Source of the DNA: Chloroflexota bacterium
Lineage (GTDB): Bacteria; Chloroflexota; Limnocylindria; Limnocylindrales; CSP1-4
Direction: 5' to 3'
DNA length: 63,981 nucleotides
NCBI GenBank assembly: GCA_003152995.1
Contig: PMBR01000117.1
Coordinates: 1 to 63,981, forward strand
The translations under genes were made by a program, and so were the position numbers. The notes under the pieces are model-generated. The model searched no databases. It saw nothing but the letters and a program-made list of their open reading frames with translations, and was not told the DNA's origin. This document shows, one piece after another, positions 26,625 to 35,600 of this stretch; positions within the stretch are counted from its first letter, which is position 1; each line of letters begins with the position of its first letter.

Positions 26625-29600
26625 TCATGGATTGCCTGAGTCACGCACTGATAGGAGTCTGATGGCCTCGTAGTAGTCGTCTAGTTTCGGACAGTCGGAA
26701 TCGAAATTGCAGGCTACGGAATCCCAGGTAGAGCCGACCACGTTCGAAGTGACGACGCCCGCGATGACAGCCCCACCCCCGCAGATCAGAGCCTCCCCCG
26801 GGCCGGTAGCAAGCCCCAGTACGCATGCAGTTCCCACGAGGGCCCCGACCTTCAATCCCGCGTAGTCCTTCACCGCCGTCTTGGCCGACTGGTTTGCGCA
26901 ATTCAACTCGTCGCTCCAATCGCAGGTGGCCATGGTCAGGCCGGTGTCCGCCAGCAGTGCCGCAGCCCCGGCCTTGTCACTTATGCCCTCCAAAGCCGCT
27001 CCATTGCCTCCGGTGAACTGCTGTCTGACCATGCCTATCGCTGCGGAACGTGCGCTGGCTTCGGTCCAACCCCCACCCCTTGCCATGAAGCCTTCGAATA
27101 GCTTCTTGAATCTCGCCAGCCATAGCGCGTCCTTCGCGATGTCTGCCGGTACTTGGATATTGCCAACCGCCGTCGAGACGATCTCAGGAGGACCGTCGCT
27201 CGAGGAGTCACCAGCGATCTCTCCCCGCACGACCTTCTTCCATCGCCTGAGACACTCATCAAGATCCGAACCAGTGCTCAGGCACATGGTTAGGAACTGC
27301 CGGTGGGTATCGTTGAGCGTCGGCACAGTAGGGGTGCAGTCGTGATACTGGCATCCGCCATCGGTGACGGGTGGCACTGTCGGTGCCGGGGCCCCTCCCG
27401 TGGCCGGCGACTTGGGGCTGTTGCCGGTGTCCTTGCCTGTGCCCGTTTCCCAGCAGGAAGCATCCGTCACGATGTACTCACATATGCCCGTATGGCCATC
27501 CGGATCGATCAGCGTCGCCGGGTTGGCATCGCCGTAGAGATAGCGGTTCATGGAGATCGGGTTCTGGGCGGAGCCGCCGACGGAGTCGAACTGCGTGAAG
27601 GTGCCAAGGCCTGGGGAGTAGAAGCGGGCGCCGGCGTCGTAGAGGTCGGCGGCACCGGTTGCGGATACGAGCATGCGGCCCTGGTAGCGCCAGGGGGTCG
27701 GCAGGGAGGATGTGGTCGCGGCGATGAGGCGGCCGTAGGCGTCGTAGCGGAAGGCGTCGGTGATCGTGCCGAAGTTCCAGGTCGCCGCGGCGGCGACGTT
27801 GCCGTGGAGATCGGGTACGAGGAAGCTCAGGGTGTTGGAGCCGCCCACCTTTGTGGCGAGACGGCTGCCATCGGAGCCCAAGAGGGCGACGGTGGTGCTG
27901 TTCGAACCGCCGCTCGTGGCGATCTGGCAGACGGTCTCGCTCGTGCCGAGGTAGCTGTAGGTGTCGGTGGTGGCGGTCGGACTCGTCGCGGTGGTGCGGG
28001 TCGCGGTCCGGCCGAGAGGATCGAGGGTGAAGGTCGAGCTCGCGGTCGGGTTGGGAGCGGTGATGCCGAGCAGCCGATCGGCGATGTCGTACGTATAGGT
28101 GGTGGTCGAGCCACCGGCCACAGGTTCCGCGTCAGCGATCATGTTGCCGCCGGAGTCGTAGGCGAAGTAGTGGGTCGTGCCCGATACGGTCTGGCTCAAG
28201 AGCTGATCGGCGGCGTCATAGACGTAGGTCGTAGGCGAGCCGTCGGTCATGGACGTCCGGTTGGAGTCGCGATCGTACGTGTAGCTGATGCTGCGGGAGC
28301 CCAGGACATCGCTCACCACGCGCGCGAGGCCATCGTAAGTGAAGCTCGCGGTGTTGTTGCCCGAGTCGCCGGTGATGCCAGCGAACGTGCGGCCCTCGCT
28401 CTTGACGTTGCCGTCGCGATCGTAGGTCTGCGAGAGCGAGACGCTCGCTACCCCTGTGCCGCTGATCGCGAGGCCGACCGGACGCTTGGCGGCGTCGTAG
28501 GTGTAGGTGAACAGGGCATTGCTGCCGGTCCAGGTGCGTGACCCCAGGAGCCCATCGAGTCGATACGACCAGCGCGGTGTGAGGCTCGTCAGGCTCGTCT
28601 CGGACACGCTCGCCGGCCGCCCGGCGAAGTCGTAGCCGAACGTGGCCGTGCCGGTAGGATCGGTCCGGGTCCCAGCCGTGCCATCGGCGTTGTAGGTGTA
28701 GCTCGTGAGGACGCCGCCCGAACCGTCGCTGATCTCGATGGGTCGATCGAGCAGGTCGGGGCTGAAGTTGATGGTGAGGGTGGTCGTGCCTTCGACCGGT
28801 GAGGCGTATCTGCCGTCGAAGACCAGACGGGTCCTATAGCCGTCACCCTGGTATGTGCTGGTCCATGAGAGCGGTGAGGTGCCCGAGCCCGGAGCACCCT
28901 GGTAGGTCTTGACCAGCGTCGCTCGGCCGACCGCGTCATATGTCGTGGCGGTGTAGCGCGTGGCATTGGCACAGGTGCTAGCCCAGCTCGGGATCGTGCA
29001 GACCTGCGTGAGCCGGTTGCCCGCGTCGTATACCCAGGCGTTCGATGAGAGCTGGACGCCGCCCAGAGCGGTGACACCGGTTGGCAGAGGAGTCACGGTC
29101 GGTGGCTTCTGGTAGATGAGATGGCCGGCGGCGTCATAGGAGTAGTGCCAGGCGGTGGTCGCAGAACCCGAGGTCGGGTCGCACAAGGTGCCCGCGTCGC
29201 CGCGGTTCTGGGCGCTGCAGTAGCCGGTCATCTCGCCGAGGGCGTCATAGGCGTAGGTCGAGCTGACGTCGCGATCGGGGTTAGCGCTGCTCCACACGCC
29301 ATCGACGTAGTTGGAGGTGGTGGCGGTCACGCGGCCAAGGCGGTCGTAGACATAGTGGCTGTTGATGCCGGTCGGATCGACTAGATCGGTCTTGCGGCCC
29401 AGGGCGTCGTAGACGTTGGCGGTGACAAGGTTGGAGTCGGGCGCGGTTTCGCGCCCGGCGGCGAAGTGGCTCGACATCGTGCCGCCCGAGAGGGCGGCGT
29501 TGTAGAGGGCGACTTCGTCGATCGAGCCTGGGAAGAAGCCCGAGCCCGAAGCCGAGCTCGCGATCGTATTGGTCTTCGCGCCGCCGGTTGGCGTATACGA

Positions 29601-32600
29601 GCCGAAGCTGCCGGTTCCGGCCGCCGCCCCGTTGACGTAGTAGGTCACCGTTCCGCCAGCGGCGCTGAAGGTGGCGCCGACATGGGTCCACGTGTTGGTC
29701 GGGATGGTCACGTTGGCCGAGCCGGCGTTGGCGACGCCCGTGATCCGGGCCGCCAGATACAGATTGCCGCTCGAGCCCGTCAGAATCAGGCCGTAGCTGC
29801 CGGTGGCTCCGGCGACGATGGACTTGTAGCCGTCCGCGGAGCTCGCCGGGTTTACCCAAGCCTCGATGGTCCAGTCTCCGGTCGTGAGATCGCAACCGGC
29901 GAAGCCGACGTTGCCGCTTGCGCCATCGAAGGACGCCGCGGTCCGGGCCTCGTCAATGGCGCCGGCCACCCCGAGGGCGACCCCGCCGGTGTACGTGCCG
30001 TCATTGGATCCCTTCTTGTCTTCGGCAGCCGTGCCACCGCGCTCGTCGAGCGGCCAGTAGTCGAGGAGACTCGCCGTGTTGATGATGCTCGTGCTGTAAG
30101 CGTCGGTGGCATCGACCGAAGTCGCGACCAGGCGGCCGTCGGGGTCATATGCCGAGGCCGTGACCATCGGCTCATCGACCCCGGGCACACCCGGCGGGGT
30201 GACGTTCTCGATCGGATGGCTATCGGCGTCGTAGATCGTCTCCGAGGTGGGGATGTTCGATTGGGTCGTGACCGTGGCGGTCGCGTCCCAGACCACGACG
30301 TCGTCGAGATAGAAGTTGATCCAGCCCGAGGCGTCCTTGCGCACCGCGAAGTGGACGTTGCTGGCCCGATCGGCAGACGGCGTCCAGGTGCAGTCGATTG
30401 TCTGCCAGTGGCCGTTGGTGGAGAGCGAGCCGCAACTGTGGTAGTCGCCGCCTGATGCATCGACGCCGAAGAAAGAGGTGAGGGTGTAGCCACTCCAGCC
30501 GTCGATGTCGGCATGGATCTTGTAGGTGTGGCCGGCCAGGAAGGTCTGGCCGCCGTCCTGGGCCGAGAGGTCGACCCAGGCACCGCTATACGAGCCACTG
30601 GTGCTCGTCGCGACGCGGAGACGGCCGCGGCCATTGTCTGGCGCGGTCGTCTGGTAGGCAGAGCCGGCCGTGTCCTGATCGGACGATATCGCGCCGGCGG
30701 GAGCGCCGATGAAATAGCCACTCCCGCTACCGGTCCAGCCGTCGACGCCGCCCTCGAAGCTAAAGAGGCTCATGCCTGCGGCGCCGCTGCGATCCCAGTT
30801 GGCCAGCGTCGAGTAGGCGCGCCCGGCGGCGTCGTAGAGGGTCGCTGTCCAGGTCACGTCGTCGTCGCCCTGCGTGGACGAACCGGGCTGGCTCGTGGCG
30901 GCCGTCCGCCCGCCGGGCGTGTAGTCGGTCCGCGTCCAGGAGTTGTCTGGGCGGACCACCGCTGTGGCGCGGCCGAGGGCGTCGCGCTTGGTGGACGTAG
31001 TGTGGCCCAGGACATCGACGACACCCACGAGGTTGCCGTTGAGATCGAACTGGTTGTCGCTGCTTATGTCGCGGTCGGGGTGGCTCGGATCGTATGTGCC
31101 GGTGCTGTAGTTACCGACCGTCCGGACCTCGTGACCGTCGAGATCGAAGACGTGCTGGCTTGGGGTGCCGTAGGCGTCGTAGGTCATGGTCGGGCGGCCG
31201 GCCATGTCGAGCACGCTCACGCTATTGCAGTAGAGCGTCGTCGAACCAGGGCAGAGCCGGCCGCCGGTCGGCGCGATCGGGCCACGCGAGCCCGACGGCT
31301 TGGGCCGTGCAATCGAGCCGCTCACATCGAAGTAGGCGGTCGTTGTCCGTGAGTTCGTGTGAGCGGAATCCGAGTAGACGACGCTCTGGATGACGTTACC
31401 CAGGAGGTCGTACCCGCTCGTGGTCTCGGCATTGATCAGCCCGCTGCCGCCGTCGGAGATGACCGAGGCCTGGTTTCCCAGGTTGTCATAGGTGTAGTTC
31501 GTGGTGAGGTTGGCGGTGCCGCTCGTGCCCCCTCCGGAGACGGAGTTGGCGACCGAGCTCACGAGCAGGCCGTGGGTATACGTGCTCGTGTTCTGGATGC
31601 CGTTCGGGTCGGTCACGCTCACGGCATGGCCCGCGAGGTCGTAGGCCGTCGTGGTCATCTCGCCGAGCGGGCTCGTGACCGAGGTCCGGCGGCCGGCCGG
31701 GTCGTAGGCGTAGGTCGTGACGTTACCGACGCCATCGGCGGTGCTGGCCACGTCGGTCATATTGGTGGCGTAGGTTGTGGTGGCGCCGACGCCGTCGGGG
31801 TCGGTGGTCGAGATCGTCCGGCCCCAGGCGTCGTAGGTGGCGCTCGAGATCACGTCCTCGTCGGGCTTGGTCGGATCGAAGGAGCCGTTGACGTAGTTGG
31901 CCGTTCGCGAAGTGGGCAAGATGGCGGGCGTGACCGAGGAGGCGCCATACGCCAGGCGCGTATCGATCCCTCCTGTAGTGCCCGGTGTCTCCTGGTTCAG
32001 GACGAACGTGTCGGTCGGAAGCCCGGCCGGGGTCGCGCCGGTGCCATCCGCGTATGTCGTGCGCGAGTACATAGTCAGCAGATCGACGTCGTCGACGTAT
32101 CCGGTGCCGGCCGACGCGTCATTCCAGAACGAGACGCGGATACGTCCGTCGCCGCTGACCGGGACCCGAGTGTCGATCGCGTACTGGGTCCAACCGCCCG
32201 GCGCCTTGCTGGCGGTGGCCATTGCCGGAGTTTCCCAGGTCGAACCAGCGGCATCCTCGATCTTGTAGGAGACGTGTCCGCCTGAGACGCCATGCGCCCA
32301 GAACTGGAGCCGCATCGCCTGGCCGGGCACGAGGCGAACGGTCTGGGTTGCCGGGCCCGCGGCGCCGTTGGCGGCGAGCTTGAGCGACGCGGTGCCGCTG
32401 TGGACGCTGGCATCGGGCAGGCTCGTAGCCTGATAGATCGTGGCGCTGCTGCCCAGGGTCCAGCCCGCGTTGTTGCCGCCGGTGCCGTACTCGAATCCCT
32501 CGTTGGCAAGGTACGTGTCGTCGGTGACCGAGGTCGGATTGCCCGAGTCGTCGTAGAGCGTCTGGACGTCGTTGAGGACGGTCGCGGCGCCCTCGGCCCA

Positions 32601-35600
32601 GTGGGCCTCGATTGCCCCGGGGCTCAAGACGCCAGCGTAGACCGCCACTTCGTCGATTGAGCCTGCCCAATGAGCGCTCGCGTTGCCATCCTGGCCAATC
32701 CGCAGGGCGTGGCTCCCATCGGCGAGGAGCGCGGTGCCGACATAGACGCCCGAGCCGATCTGGATGCCATTGACGTAGATCTCGAAGTTGCCGCCGCCGA
32801 CGGTCTCCACGATGTGATACCAGGCTCCGGGGGCGTACTCGAATTCGGCGTCCGCGGCGGAGTTGAGCCATGCGCCCCCAGTCCCGATGGCGCTGTGGAT
32901 CTCGATCGGGTTGGTCGCGGTCGCAGGCGCTAGCTCGAGGGCGAAGCCATACGAGCCGCTCCCCACGATGGCCTGCTTGGCGGTTGCACTCGTGGTCTTG
33001 ACCCAAGCCTCGACCGTGAAGCTGCCTGAGAGCGCGAGGCCGGAGTTGATCGCAATCGAACCCGAGCTGCCGTTGAAGCTCATGGCCTTGTTGGCATCAC
33101 CCACGAGGGCACCAGGCTGCGCGAGGCTTACGCCGCTGCTGCTGATGGTGCCGGCGTGGTTGCCCGAGCTGGAGTCGGCCGCGGTCGAGCCGCTGGGCTC
33201 ACCAAGGCGCCAGTAGCCGGCGAGGTTCGGCCCGGCCGCCACGACCGTGGAATAGACGGGCTCCGGACTCGTATATGGGGTAATCGTGTCGACCACTTCG
33301 TGGAGCGCGTTGTACGTGTAGGTGGTCCGATACAGTCCCGGATTGCCTGCGGCGACCGAGGCGTAGTACTGGTCGGCGCTCTGGCTCCACAGCGTCTCGG
33401 CGCCGGTCAGCGGATCGGCCAGGTTGTCGACCGCGAGCGCGGCGTTCGTGCCGCGGCGGCTCACGACCTGATTGCCTCCGCCGGTGCTCGTGCAGCCGGC
33501 GGTCTGACAGCGGGTTTCGGTGCTGTAGTGGCCGACGCCATCGAAGGCGTAGCTCGCCATCAGATCGCCAGCGTCGACCGCTGGGGTGCACGCACTCGAG
33601 CTGCACGTCAGCGGCTGGTATTCGTTGAGAGTCGTCCCATCGGGGCTCAGGTCGATGTACAGAGCCTTGGAAGCTGCCAACGCGGGGCCGTTCTGCCAGA
33701 GCACGCGCCTGTAGGTATCCGAGCTCGCGGAGTAGGTGTCCACGACGAGCATGTCCTCGTCGGGACTCGCGGACACATCGGTGATCTTGGTCGGGCGATT
33801 GGTCCCGTCGTACGTGACCATCGTGTAGAAGTTGTTGCCGCTCGATCCCGTGTCGCGAGGGTCGCGGATCTTCCAGAGCAAATTGGAGCCTGTGTATTCG
33901 AACTTGAGACATCCCGATGCGGTGCCAACGGCCGCGCACCCCGTGCCGACGTGTTGCGCCGGGATGACGGTCATGAGGTTGCTGCTGGTCAGATCGAATT
34001 CGGTGGCGCGACCGCTGTGGCTCGTCGTCGAGCCGAGTTCTTCGGTGAATGTCACCTTGCCGCTGGCGTAGGCCACGGCGATGTCGCGCTGCGCCGTGCC
34101 GCTCGAAAGCGCCATGCCATCGGAGGGGGCGTGGATCTTGGTCAGGGTGTAGGCGGCCTGGCCCGACTTGGAGGTGTCGTACGTCCAGTCGAAGGTCGTG
34201 GTCTGGCCGTTGCGATCGACGATGCGCTCCAGGAGGCCATCGAGATTGAAGTAGTGCTGGCTGCCGTCGGCGCCGGTGGCGACGAAGTCCTCGGATCCAG
34301 GGGCGATAAGCGGATCGGCACCGGTCTGGCTTGTGAGGTAGTCGTCGTCGAACAGGGCGTACTGACCGTCATACGCGATGAGCTCGTAACCGGTCAGCTG
34401 CACGTCATCGGGGATAGGGCCATTCGAGGGCGCGGCCCCGGGCGAGCTCGAACCAGGATTGTCGTTGTAGAAGCCGAGAACCTGGCGGGCGTCGTCTTCG
34501 AGATCGCGCGTGACCGGAGTCCAACTCACCGGCAGCGAATCGGAGATCTTGATCGGGTTCGCATAGCCCTTGTTCTCGCCGGCGTAGTAGGTGATGGTTT
34601 GGCTGATGTTGGTGCGAACGTCCTTGATCGTGAAGGCTTGGGCGATCGTTGTCCCGCCGACCTTGCGCCAGTACCAGCGGGCGAACGGGTAGACGTACAG
34701 CGGCGTTGTGAGGCCGCTCACCGTCGGACTGGCCGACAGAGGCGTGATGGCAGTCACCTGGAGCGAGTCCGCGCCGATGGCCTTGTCCGAGCTGTTCAAG
34801 CTTGCGTAGCTGCCACTACCGCCGACAAAGGTGGGCAGGCTGTCGTCGAAAGCGACGCTGCTGCCGGGCTCGAGGGCGGCCCCGTCGAACCAGAGGCTTC
34901 CACCCGACACGTAGCCCGTGATCTCGACCGCAAGCACCAGATACGAGTCGTGGTCGGTAGCAGCGCCAAAGAGGCTCTTGTTGGCGTTGACGTCGTTCCA
35001 GACGTTGCGCTCGTACGGCGTCCAGGATGTGGATATGCCACCGATGTCGGTCTGCCAGTCCATGCCAGCGATCGACCAGGACGCCCCGAAGTTGTAACCG
35101 AACCAATTCTGCGTCGAGGTATTGGTGTCGTAGATGTCGAGCGCGATGCCGGCCTTGTTGTATGTGAGCGAGCTTGTCTTGGCGCTGAAGTCCAGCAGCG
35201 GGTATGAATTGAGGGGAACCTGGGGCGTGATGGCGGCGCTCGTCGTGGAGCGGCTGTCGATCTTGGTCGAGAAGGCGCCCGACGATGCGGTCAAGTGGTC
35301 GTACGTCGGCGGCGAGCTCCAGGCGAGCTTGTTGTCGTCGAACAACGTCCAGCGCGTGCGCGCCAGGGCCGAGGGTGCGCTCGAGATCAACTGGCCGTTG
35401 CCGTCGGCGCCCACGAAATAGCTGTTGCCCGACGGGTCCTGGTATGTGTAGGTGCCCGGCGCGGTCGTGCTGACGTTGAGCCGTTCATCGAAGTTGGTCG
35501 ACCAGCCGCATGCTCCCAGGATCTCGGCGCAACTGGAGATCGCGCCCGAGTCGTACTGGTATGACAGGTTCACAGGGTCGAGGTCGTTGAAGCCCACACC

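Noticed and set aside
27303-35207. Many long plus-strand ORFs inside the RHS gene, for example 27303..28541, 29466..30455, 30513..31352, 31359..32285 and 33156..35207.
   Set aside because: They are antisense to an uninterrupted 3920-aa YD-repeat ORF. Their compositions are Arg/Gly/Ala-rich with no motifs.
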